Source: an uncultured Clostridia bacterium
GTDB lineage: Bacteria; Bacillota; Clostridia; Christensenellales; UBA1242
DNA length: 34,866 bases
NCBI GenBank assembly: GCA_947589615.1
Contig: CANQBU010000001.1
Location: forward strand, 1 to 34,866
Direction of reading: 5' to 3'
The notes below the pieces were generated by a model. That model did not search any database. It had not been told where the DNA came from and saw nothing but the letters and a program-made list of their open reading frames with translations. Shown in pieces: positions 8,601 to 17,166 of the stretch. Position 1 is the first letter of the stretch, and every line of letters starts with the position of its first letter. Position numbers and translations under genes: made by a program.

Positions 8601-11600
8601 GATGAAAACTGCACCCAAGTTTTAAAGATGAAATACACCGGGGGAGATGCAATCGATGCCCAACTCAGTGTTGATGAAACTTTGATATTAAACATTGGTG
8701 AAAGAGCGACAATAGGTGTGTCGAAATGGATTCCTCATGACCTTGAAAATGACAGAATTTTATTCTATGAAGTCAACTCTTCAGGCAAAAAGGTGATAGA
8801 AATCAATTCAAGTGCTATAACCGCGATTGATAGTGGCGAGACAAAACTTATCGTAGAACTTTCAAACGGAATTGTAAAAGAAGTAAGAATTATTTGTATA
8901 AACAAGGTGAAAGACATTGTTGTAGATGAAGAAGTTCTAATTTCAGGGAATACCTATACTATAAACGCAGTTGCTCTTCCAAAAGATGCGACAAATAAAA
9001 CGCTAGAATATATTCTTGAAGGGGAAGATATTGCCTCAATACAAGGAAATGTAATTACATTTAAGAAAGCGGGAGTTGTTATAGTAAAAGTTTGCTCCAC
9101 AGACGGAACAAACATTGAAAAAGAAGTAAAAATCACGTCCACTTTGGGCAAACTTGCAAAAATTGTAGTGGAAAAAACAGATATAAATTTGACAAAAGGT
9201 GAGTTCTACAGAATTATGGTAGACAAGTATCCATTTGATGCAACAGATAACAAAGTTGAACAAAAAATACTTTCTCAAAATGCTTTTGATGGAAAATCTC
9301 AAGTTATTTTGCTTTCTGAAGACGGGCAAATCACTGCTCTTTGCAGTGGTAGTGCGGTTGTTCGAGTTTACGCTTATGACTATGATGGTAAAGAGATTTA
9401 TGTCGATTGCACAATTACAGTTCTTAGCCCTATTTCAGATTTTACTCTTAAATTTGATGAACCTCTTGACAACTATCAAAATCAAACTACATTTATCACA
9501 AGCCGAAGTGAAGTTACATTTGATTTTGAAGTCGAACCTGTCGATGCGTCAATTTTATCATTCAGATGTGAAGTGGCCGATAGTGGAATAGCTCGCGTTG
9601 AGGGGAAAACGATAATATTCACGCAAACGGGAAGAGTTGCCATAACATTCATTTGTGATGACTCATGCAGCGAAAAGTCGAAAACTTACAGTTTCTATTA
9701 TGTGGGTGATTCACTTATTGATGCGACACTTGATGAAAGTGAAATGCAAAATGATGTAATAATGATAAAAGCGGGCGAAGAATTCAAATTCGTTCTGGAA
9801 AAGGCTTTGCCAAGTGATAATAAAAATCTTCAATATTCAATTCTTGATGACAAAGAGAATAGAAATGACCCATCAAAACAAGTTGCTCGCTTCAAAGACG
9901 GCATATTGTATGGCTTGAATGGCGGAAGTTATTCGTTCACATTGTATGTAAACAATATAAAACTTGGTCAATACACACTAGTTGTCACAAGAGATGCGAC
10001 AGGAATTGAAATCGATGGTGATGAGAAAGCTTATGTTTCCGAACCTTTCTATACAATCGTTGCTCGCGTGCTCGAAAGCGACTCCCATCAAAATGCTCTC
10101 GGTTATGAATCACTCACAAAAGATATTGCTTCTGTCGCACAAGACGGCAATGTGACATTCTTACAATATGGCGAATGTCAAATAAAGATTTATGTTCAAG
10201 AGAACCCTGAGATTTACAAAATCATAACCATAAAATACTCAAAAGATTTACAAGCAATCAAATTTAGCAAAACAAGAGACTGTGTTTATGTAGGAGATTC
10301 TATTGATATAACTGTTTCTCCAATGCCATTTGATGCTACAAACTTTGAATATACAATGACAGTTGATGATGATACTATTGCAACCCTAGTTCAAAGAACA
10401 GGTTCTTATAGGCTCATCGGAATCAAAGGCGGCACAGTCAAGGTAACGGCTAAAGTGGTTGGACGAGAAGACATCTTTGCAGAAAAGGAGTTTACATTCT
10501 ATGATAAAATTACAGATATAAAACTCGAACTTGACCCATCCGGTGATTCAAATGGACATGGAGAATACAGAGTTTTTGGAAATAGTTTTATTGGTGACGA
10601 TGGCAGCGTAATAAAAACTTATCTTATGAATGTTTCGCTTAGACCTTCAAACATTTCCAAAACACTTCTTGAATGGTCATCGGATAATGAAGAAATCGCT
10701 ACGGTTGACCAAAATGGGCTTGTAACATTCCTTTCAACAGGAAAGGTTACAATCTCAGTAAGTCAAATTGTAGCTTATGAAGGAGCGGTAGTTGCAAGCG
10801 ATAGTTACACCTTTACAATTGTTGACGGAATTAATGTTTCAAATTATGAACAATTAAAAGTTGCAAACGGAGTTTTGACAACAGCAAATAAGGATAAGAA
10901 AGAGAATTACTCAGCACTTATCCTGCATAATTCAATCCAATTAGGGCAAGAGTTTCCAAATATGACATTTAATTTTAATGTTTATGGAAATGGCTATATG
11001 CTTGATCACTCTAAGATGCCAACATCGGACGCTCACTTCCTTATTTCACGAAACAATATAGTTGTTGATAATGTAATTCTGAGAGGAGCCAAATTTTCAG
11101 AGGGCTCAGAACTTAAAGACGCCGGCGATACACTGCGTATTTGGGCGGTAAAAAATATTTTACTTTACAATACTATTTTGGAAAATGCAAAACGTGCAAT
11201 AAAGGTTTTTGCCTCAGATGTAAAACTAGATGGATGTATACTCAGAAATTGCTTAATGGTCGGCATGGATGTTTCAAGAAGTGAAACTTCACCAAGCAAT
11301 GTTATAGTAAAGGATTGTATCTTTACATCGAGTTTCTGTGGAATTATGTTCGGTCTAGATCAATTCAAAGGTCTGAAAGAAAGCACTGTAAGCCTTGAGG
11401 GAGAAGTGCGTTTCTACAACTGGGCAACGCTTGATCAACTTGAACAGGGGCTTGACCTTGAACATTTGCTAGAACCTTATGGCATAACATTTATAGTCAG
11501 CGAACTTGTAGATCAAGTCAAAAAAGTCGCTAAGGAAAAGGGCTCGGATTACGTATTCGCATATCAAGGAAAAGCATATTATAACTTTGCAATATTCAAA

Positions 11601-11846
11601 TTAACGGCACATGTAGCATCGGTTGAATTCGTAAGTAGCGGAAACTTCGATAAATCAAAACTCAATCCAGTTTGCAATTATTCGGCACTTTCATTTGATG
11701 GTGCGGTTAACCTAGCGGTGACAAGTGTTCCATATGTATGCACCTTCTTGTCAATATTAAATTCAGGAGCATTCATGAAGCCTGGTGATTCATATATTGG
11801 AAATACTGCTCTGCTTAACAAGATAAAACAGCCAAGTAGATTTTAG
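5685..11846 (+). CDS. Giant (2053 aa) cell-surface protein: N-terminal signal anchor, about 18 Big_2 Ig-like repeats, C-terminal parallel beta-helix region
   Basis: N-terminus MKKLMFFLMVAIPVLVILIV. Recurrent Big_2 signature, e.g. P(x)DATNK(x)V(x)(W/F)(S/T)S(S/D)N..IA.VD..G.V....G...I.A. PbH1-like repeats near the C-terminus (NVILRGAKF, ILLYNTILENAKRAIKV, LDGCILRNCLMVGMDV, VKDCIFTSSFCGIMF). SD GAGGTG. Confidence 0.9.
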   Translation: MKKLMFFLMVAIPVLVILIVKLTASVAVGDLFISVERIEVNKPSVERMVGDSVDLSYTIFPQNATNKDVLWTSSNELAATVDSNGHVEFIGIGSGYISAITVDGNMRSQCSFYVWDTKVHEVKLLYPRKYVYLNDTLQLTAQVLPSEAYNKDVIFTSDNEDVANVDTNGVVTGLTVGYATIKATSVDGQFTDEINLSVIKPVSALIVEEKEVITSSQNVQLQYLIEPEDATNKNVTFAVDNPEVAEVNHLGMLHFKKQGEVNVSIVTEDGDFKQVIKYVYTGGYAYDLIVNTPTINRFVQSTPLPIEYQTIPEYLSQTKVEFSSDDENIAYVDANGYLHAVKGGSTVIRIRVKKSEDEIIEKQIYVNIESPATGISIENGVTAEKVFMLNPKSLPEGSTNSSYFYHIVEGDATVTEEGVVIFNSSEPCTAKVKIYANQDESDVYTTVNVTYTAGKASAFELIDKEITLNYGQSVSLNYSFTPKNATIRPMNLVLKSSNSQNPGGAVEILDDGRIHAIGGGSAIVDVKFVLYDGSIQEEQCLVTVLREPSLIEINLDLESYKDQYITSRNEVAFSGNAMPLDATSRDIEWSVSDKTIAFIRDNKLLFNRVGVVSLIATIGKLSNSVDIYYVGTNPVYAEVVAVKDGERTEIPEVIMAGESFEVEISNILPSFEVNPPLSLQATNQKTIHQSGKALQIEGNRVTGFAGGTAILAVYISNSIRLNYPITVVRKPDSVSVLNKNTQTTSQTFTLISEVLPYDATNQNVRYEVEESEIASVEGSILTFKKNGVVHITAICEDNEKARFTFFIEKIEKNTVHVLPTQSDITVNKGDLIAFDIDDISDIQVEQSTPIVEGEIVAEREDNYLRARSAGIATIAVTAGQKIYRFNLTILQLVEEIKFTSDLDIVDDEYVTGKDIVELKFDVNPSYAVNREIDISIIQSVSSDGYQKNIAYISGGKIYFTNAGEVTLQVASKDENCTQVLKMKYTGGDAIDAQLSVDETLILNIGERATIGVSKWIPHDLENDRILFYEVNSSGKKVIEINSSAITAIDSGETKLIVELSNGIVKEVRIICINKVKDIVVDEEVLISGNTYTINAVALPKDATNKTLEYILEGEDIASIQGNVITFKKAGVVIVKVCSTDGTNIEKEVKITSTLGKLAKIVVEKTDINLTKGEFYRIMVDKYPFDATDNKVEQKILSQNAFDGKSQVILLSEDGQITALCSGSAVVRVYAYDYDGKEIYVDCTITVLSPISDFTLKFDEPLDNYQNQTTFITSRSEVTFDFEVEPVDASILSFRCEVADSGIARVEGKTIIFTQTGRVAITFICDDSCSEKSKTYSFYYVGDSLIDATLDESEMQNDVIMIKAGEEFKFVLEKALPSDNKNLQYSILDDKENRNDPSKQVARFKDGILYGLNGGSYSFTLYVNNIKLGQYTLVVTRDATGIEIDGDEKAYVSEPFYTIVARVLESDSHQNALGYESLTKDIASVAQDGNVTFLQYGECQIKIYVQENPEIYKIITIKYSKDLQAIKFSKTRDCVYVGDSIDITVSPMPFDATNFEYTMTVDDDTIATLVQRTGSYRLIGIKGGTVKVTAKVVGREDIFAEKEFTFYDKITDIKLELDPSGDSNGHGEYRVFGNSFIGDDGSVIKTYLMNVSLRPSNISKTLLEWSSDNEEIATVDQNGLVTFLSTGKVTISVSQIVAYEGAVVASDSYTFTIVDGINVSNYEQLKVANGVLTTANKDKKENYSALILHNSIQLGQEFPNMTFNFNVYGNGYMLDHSKMPTSDAHFLISRNNIVVDNVILRGAKFSEGSELKDAGDTLRIWAVKNILLYNTILENAKRAIKVFASDVKLDGCILRNCLMVGMDVSRSETSPSNVIVKDCIFTSSFCGIMFGLDQFKGLKESTVSLEGEVRFYNWATLDQLEQGLDLEHLLEPYGITFIVSELVDQVKKVAKEKGSDYVFAYQGKAYYNFAIFKLTAHVASVEFVSSGNFDKSKLNPVCNYSALSFDGAVNLAVTSVPYVCTFLSILNSGAFMKPGDSYIGNTALLNKIKQPSRF
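5781..10830 (+). repeat. Array of divergent Big_2 (bacterial Ig-like group 2) domain-coding repeats inside the 5685 gene
   Basis: The DATN / ATNK-centred motif recurs about every 85-100 codons. The repeats are protein-level only and diverged at nucleotide level. Boundaries approximate. Confidence 0.7.
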
Positions 11847-11858
11847 GAGGCATGAAAA

Positions 11859-14800
11859 ATGACAAAGATTATTAAAAGAACTTTAATATTATTTGCACTT
11901 GTGGCATTAATTTGCCTCCTTTTTCCTATGGTTTATAGCCACTGTGCGTCGAATGCAGCAGTAGAAGGAGTGTCGGGAAACAAAATTGTTTTAACGGGTC
12001 TGATCGATGGCACATATGAACACGCCTTTAAAGACGAAAACAAACAAAGCACTTTAGTTAACAGTAAACTTGATGATATACAAGATAAATATTATTCAAT
12101 AGTTTCTTCTGGAAAGGGAACAAGCTCAGGCTGGGCGGAATTCAAACCTACAAATGATATGCTTCCTTTCATCGAAAAAGGATTGTTATATGCCGAGGCA
12201 TCTGGTGAAGTGACGGGCAAAAATGGAACAAAAGTTACTATTCAAATTTCATCTGGAGATGCCTTCGATCAGGTAAGTGGTGACAGCGGTGAAATAAATA
12301 CTGGTAGAATTCAGGTAAAAAGCGGTCAAAATATACGATTTACTTTTTCGACATCGTCGACAAACGGCAAAAACAATTTTACATTAAGCCTTCCTACAAT
12401 TCATATTTATACAATTATAAATTCGATTACATTGAATGAGGAATCGCGAATTGTATATCCTGGCCAAATTATAAATATTAGCGCATTCAATGATGTAACT
12501 TCTCTTCCAAAATCAGAAGGAAACTTCATGAGCTTTTCAAAAATTAACCACAAAATAGAGATTGATGTTACATCTGGAGGAAACTATGTTAAGCTATTGG
12601 ATACTGCCAGCCCATCTCTTGTAATTTTAAGCAACGCTCCAAGTGGAGCGGTTATAAAATTCAGAGTTTATTCGAAGAAGACATCATATAGCTCTGAATT
12701 GATATATTCGTCAAATGAAGCATCATTTACTGTTAATGCAAATCAAGTTGCTGTTAGCGTCCAAACGGATTTTGACGATCACCCATTCATTGATGGCGAT
12801 GGATTACTTTACACTCCAGGAAAAAGATTTACTCTTAGAGTCAGCCAAGATCCTGATTTCCAGTTCTTAGGCTGGTATGGCTTAAATGATAACAATGAGG
12901 AAGTTTTATTATCTGAAGCAGACTACCTTGTTTCCAATGCTTACGGACAGGTCATTTATGCAAAATTCATAAAGTCGGTAACAATTAAGCAAATTATAGT
13001 TCCCGATAAAGTTTATGATAAAACCACAGCTATACCTCAAGAACAGATTTCGGCAATATTTGATGGCGTTGAAAGCAAGCACGATGTAAAACTGCTCGGA
13101 AGCGAATTTGCTTTCGGTGATGCCAACGCGGGAGATAATAAACTCATTGTTCCAATCGAGGATGATATTACGGCAGAAGATATAACTTTAACAGGCGCAA
13201 ATGCCGGACTTTATACTTTAAAAGCGCAAATCTTTTCAGCTTCTTACTCCAATTCTTACGGAAGAATTTTAAAAAGAGATGCACTTGTTATTCCTGAAAA
13301 TACTCAAAAACAATATGGTTATACAGACCCTTCATTTAATTATACTGTTAAAAATGTTTTAGATGGGGACACAATTGTTGGAGATTTGGGAAGGTTATCT
13401 GGCGAAGAAATTGGAACTTATCCTTTTAGTCAAGGCAATCTTGGACTACGAAACCCTAATTACAATGTGACCATTGAAAGCAGTTCATACTTTGAGATCA
13501 TTCCAAGGGAATTATCACTTGAAAATGTAATTGTTGAAGAAAAGATTTATGACCAAACGACAATGGCACAAATTAGTGCAAGTTTGAGAAATATTTTTAA
13601 CAATGAGGATGTGTATGTTTCAGTTGAGGGCGAATTTGTTTCGCCTAATGCTGGGAATGTTGAAGTGTTAATTACAGATGCAAAACTTTTCGGAGAAGAT
13701 AAAGAGCATTACACACTTGTTCAGTATTCTCAAAAACTTTTCGGTCAGATAAACCCAAGCCCTATTGATGTGCAAGCCGAGGAGGCATCAGCGATTTATG
13801 GAGATAAAATTATCTTTAATTACATGGTGACCGGGCTGTATGATGGAGATGAATTAAGCGGTGAGCTCGCGATTAAAGACAAAAATGTTGGTAAGCATGA
13901 AATAACCGAAGGAACACTTGGAAACAGCAATTATTATATTGAAAATTTCACATCGGCAATTTGCACAATCACTCCAAGGGAAATTCAAGTTTATGCAGAC
14001 AAGATGTCAAAGGTTTACGGAGATGAGGACGATGAATTAACTTATGCCACTGAAAATATGGTTGAGGGCGATTCATTACAGGGCAAACTTTCAAGACAAG
14101 ATGGCGAAGATGTCGGAGTTTATGAGATTGAAATAGGAGATTTAAATAATTCAAATTACATTATTTCTTTCACAAAGAATGAGTTTATAATAACTGAAAG
14201 ACTAATTGAAACAGTGATAGAATTTTTGGATAAAGAATATGACGGAACAAATAAGGTAAAATATAATGTAGAATATAAAAATAATGTTAAAAATGAATCT
14301 TTCAATTTAGTTCTTGAAGCATCATTATCAAGACAGGACTGCGGAACCGCGACAGTAGATTACAAAATTCCTTCTGTGGATTATTCGGGCACAAATTATA
14401 TATTTACTTATCAATTTAAAAATTCTCAAATCCAAATTTTGAGAAGACAAGTAAACATTTTTGTCGATGATATTAGCAAGACATATGGCGATGGTGATCC
14501 TGAATTTACATATTCGGTTAGGAATTTAATTGGAAATGACACATTAGATTTGACAATAAACAGGGAGGACGGCGAGGTAGTCGGACAATATGGATATAGC
14601 ATGAAGGGCGACTACTCAGAGTCGTATCCAAATTATGCCATAACCTTGGTTGAATCTTATTTTAAAATTCTTCCTAGACAAGTAAAGGTTGAGATAGGTG
14701 CATTCTCAAAAGTTTTTGGCGACGAAGACCCTGAAATAAAATATGAAATTATAGATAACTTTTGCTTTAATGATACAAGAGAAAGCGTTGTTGACGGCAA

Positions 14801-17027
14801 AATAACAAGGGAAGAGGGTGAAATGGTTGGCGTATATAATTATGACTTAACCGCCATTTCATCAAATCAAAACTATACTTTTATAAACGACAATCAGTCT
14901 TATTTTATTATAAATAAAAGACCTGTTACTGTAAAGATTAAAGATGCTACAAAAATTTACGGCGATGAAGACCCTGTATATCAATATGATGTTGAAAACG
15001 ATGTTGAGGGTGAAAAACTGTCGGTTGAAATTACCCGCGACTATAGTGAAGATGTCGGAGACCATACCCTTGTTTGCAAGATGAAAAATGATTCAAGATA
15101 TATAATTTCTTATGAGGAGGGGACATTAAAAATCACACCTTATTCAATTGCGGTAAAGGCCGATGATAAGGTTAAAGTTTATGGTGAAGAAGATCCTGAA
15201 TTTACAATTTCAATCACAGAGGGCGTTCTAAGAAACAATGACCGATTGGAAGATTTAATCCAAGGAAGAATTATTCGTGCTGAAGGGGAAAGTGCTGAAG
15301 ATTATGAAATTAAACTTGACAAATTATCGCTTGGGAAAAACTATGAGTTGAAACGTGAAAGCGGAAAACTTGTAATTTTGCCAAGACACCTTACAATCAC
15401 TGCTGACCCAATCACAAAATGCTACGGCGAGCAAGACCCAGAATTGACTTACAAAGTTTCAAGTGAAGGACTTGTATATAATGATAAAATCGAAGGAAGC
15501 CTTATAAGAGAGGCGGGAGAAGACGTCAGAGAATATAAAATTTTGCAAGGGGGAATTTCTTTGAGCAAGAACTATGAACTTGAATTCATTGAAGGGAAAT
15601 TTAATATTTTGAAGAAAGATATTCAAATTATTCCTACAACCCTTTCAAAGGAATATGGCGATGAAGATAAAACGATTGAATATAAGCTTGTCGGCGAACT
15701 TGTGGGAGAGGATACGCTGAGTGGAGAATTATACAGAGATGGCGTCGGCGAAAAGGAAGAAGTAGGGAAATATCTTATTTATTCTACACTCGACTCTCCA
15801 AATTATCAAATAAATATGGGCGAACATTACTTTACAATTTTACCGCGTGAAATTGTTGTAAAAGCAATCAGTTGTCAAATTTATTACGGCGGAGAGGAAC
15901 CACAACTTGACTATCAGATTGTATCGGGCACAGTTTTGGAAGGCGATGACTTCACGGGCGGACTTTCACGTCAGAAGGGCAATACAGCTGGCACTTATGA
16001 TATTATAAGTTCTCTTTCACTTGGCAGAAATTATACAATTCAATTCATCAAGGGCACAGTTACCATTCTGCCTCTTGACTTGACAATAAAAAGCCCAGAT
16101 TATCAAAAAATATATGGTCAGGAAGACCCAACTTTCACTTATGAAATTGTGGAAGGAAAGCTTATCAATAATGATAAACTTTATGGCACGATTATTCGTG
16201 AAAAAGGGGAAGATGTTGGAATTTACAATCTTGAAAAAGGAATTTACAATGCAAATTACAATATTACACTTTTACCAGCAAAATTTGAGATAATCAAAAA
16301 AGATGTATACATGATTTCATCTGTTTACAACAAGATTTATGATGGAACAACTGAAGCAAAACTTAAAAATCCATATGTATCTGGCATATTTGACAATGTA
16401 TATCTCGATTACGAACAAAATAACAGTGCAACTTTCCTATCTGCGGAAGTAGGTGAACATGTTGGAGTAAAGGTTCATGATGTTATGCTTGTAGGTGAAA
16501 AAGCAGGAAATTATAACTTAGTTTTGCCTGAATTGCTTTATGCCGATATTACCCTTCAAGATATTGCAAAAGAAGAGGTTTATCTTGCGGCAAAAGATCC
16601 TGTTTTATATTCAAGATATTCTCTTGAAATTGCAAGCGAAGATATTAGCAGTGAGGTTAAAGTAAAAAATCATAGTTTTGTTAAGAAATATAATATTTGG
16701 CTTGAAGACGGTGTTCGCAAGATAAACCCCGAAAGTCAATACACTATTAAAATTGAATTACCAAAGAAAATCTTTTCAAAATATAATATCTATGTTTATC
16801 AAAAAGATGAAGCGGGGAATTACAAAATGCTTGCCACTCAAAAAGATGCCAATAATGAAATAGTAATTTCCTCATATTCACTGGGCGAGTTTTATGTTGC
16901 GGTCGAAGATGAGTCATGGTTGGATATAGGGGCGATAGTTGCAATTTCTTTGATTGCGGTGACCTTCGTTGTGGCTGTGATATATACAGTTATAAAGCAA
17001 AAGAGAAAAAGAAAAATTTATGAATAA
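11859..17027 (+). CDS. Giant (1722 aa) MBG-repeat surface protein with signal peptide and C-terminal TM anchor
   Basis: N-terminal signal MTKIIKRTLILFALVALICLLFPMV. Eleven MBG-type units (K.YGDEDPE(F/L)TY......GD.L.G.L.R..GE.VG.Y.I..G.L...NY.I......F.I.PR), interspersed with four 'K(I/V)YD(G/K/Q)TT' units. C-terminal TM GAIVAISLIAVTFVVAVIYTVI followed by KQKRKRK. No LPXTG. SD AGGAGG. Confidence 0.9.
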   Translation: MTKIIKRTLILFALVALICLLFPMVYSHCASNAAVEGVSGNKIVLTGLIDGTYEHAFKDENKQSTLVNSKLDDIQDKYYSIVSSGKGTSSGWAEFKPTNDMLPFIEKGLLYAEASGEVTGKNGTKVTIQISSGDAFDQVSGDSGEINTGRIQVKSGQNIRFTFSTSSTNGKNNFTLSLPTIHIYTIINSITLNEESRIVYPGQIINISAFNDVTSLPKSEGNFMSFSKINHKIEIDVTSGGNYVKLLDTASPSLVILSNAPSGAVIKFRVYSKKTSYSSELIYSSNEASFTVNANQVAVSVQTDFDDHPFIDGDGLLYTPGKRFTLRVSQDPDFQFLGWYGLNDNNEEVLLSEADYLVSNAYGQVIYAKFIKSVTIKQIIVPDKVYDKTTAIPQEQISAIFDGVESKHDVKLLGSEFAFGDANAGDNKLIVPIEDDITAEDITLTGANAGLYTLKAQIFSASYSNSYGRILKRDALVIPENTQKQYGYTDPSFNYTVKNVLDGDTIVGDLGRLSGEEIGTYPFSQGNLGLRNPNYNVTIESSSYFEIIPRELSLENVIVEEKIYDQTTMAQISASLRNIFNNEDVYVSVEGEFVSPNAGNVEVLITDAKLFGEDKEHYTLVQYSQKLFGQINPSPIDVQAEEASAIYGDKIIFNYMVTGLYDGDELSGELAIKDKNVGKHEITEGTLGNSNYYIENFTSAICTITPREIQVYADKMSKVYGDEDDELTYATENMVEGDSLQGKLSRQDGEDVGVYEIEIGDLNNSNYIISFTKNEFIITERLIETVIEFLDKEYDGTNKVKYNVEYKNNVKNESFNLVLEASLSRQDCGTATVDYKIPSVDYSGTNYIFTYQFKNSQIQILRRQVNIFVDDISKTYGDGDPEFTYSVRNLIGNDTLDLTINREDGEVVGQYGYSMKGDYSESYPNYAITLVESYFKILPRQVKVEIGAFSKVFGDEDPEIKYEIIDNFCFNDTRESVVDGKITREEGEMVGVYNYDLTAISSNQNYTFINDNQSYFIINKRPVTVKIKDATKIYGDEDPVYQYDVENDVEGEKLSVEITRDYSEDVGDHTLVCKMKNDSRYIISYEEGTLKITPYSIAVKADDKVKVYGEEDPEFTISITEGVLRNNDRLEDLIQGRIIRAEGESAEDYEIKLDKLSLGKNYELKRESGKLVILPRHLTITADPITKCYGEQDPELTYKVSSEGLVYNDKIEGSLIREAGEDVREYKILQGGISLSKNYELEFIEGKFNILKKDIQIIPTTLSKEYGDEDKTIEYKLVGELVGEDTLSGELYRDGVGEKEEVGKYLIYSTLDSPNYQINMGEHYFTILPREIVVKAISCQIYYGGEEPQLDYQIVSGTVLEGDDFTGGLSRQKGNTAGTYDIISSLSLGRNYTIQFIKGTVTILPLDLTIKSPDYQKIYGQEDPTFTYEIVEGKLINNDKLYGTIIREKGEDVGIYNLEKGIYNANYNITLLPAKFEIIKKDVYMISSVYNKIYDGTTEAKLKNPYVSGIFDNVYLDYEQNNSATFLSAEVGEHVGVKVHDVMLVGEKAGNYNLVLPELLYADITLQDIAKEEVYLAAKDPVLYSRYSLEIASEDISSEVKVKNHSFVKKYNIWLEDGVRKINPESQYTIKIELPKKIFSKYNIYVYQKDEAGNYKMLATQKDANNEIVISSYSLGEFYVAVEDESWLDIGAIVAISLIAVTFVVAVIYTVIKQKRKRKIYE
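13290..16300 (+). repeat. Tandem MBG-domain coding repeats (11 units) inside the 11859 gene
   Basis: Units start at QKQYGYTDPSF, ASAIYGDKIIF, SKVYGDEDDEL, SKTYGDGDPEF, SKVFGDEDPEI, TKIYGDEDPVY, VKVYGEEDPEF, TKCYGEQDPEL, SKEYGDEDKTI, QIYYGGEEPQL and QKIYGQEDPTF. Boundaries approximate. Confidence 0.75.
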
Positions 17028-17130
17028 TAACACACCTTTTGAAACAGGCTTTAGGACAATAATAACTTTTTAGTTCTAACAATTTAAGAGAAAAGAATAT
17101 TTTAAAAATCGTTTAAAACTTAAAATCCAT

Positions 17131-17166
17131 AAAAAAATTCTTCCATTATTTTGGAAGAATTTTTTA
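17131..17166. terminator. Bidirectional terminator between convergent genes
   Basis: Hairpin ttcttcca (17138-17145) / tggaagaa (17152-17159), with an A7 run upstream and a T-run downstream. It begins 4 nt beyond the stop of the minus-strand gene. Confidence 0.6.

Noticed and set aside
16900-17027. Sortase (LPXTG) sorting signal at the C-terminus of the MBG giant protein.
   Set aside because: A TM segment plus a basic tail is present, but the preceding residues (…VAVEDESWLDIG) contain no LPXTG-like motif. The protein is called TM-anchored instead.
17037-17050. A 10-nt match (acaggcttta) to the 24-nt repeated motif, just after the stop of the MBG giant gene.
   Set aside because: It is too short to distinguish from chance, and there is no flanking similarity.
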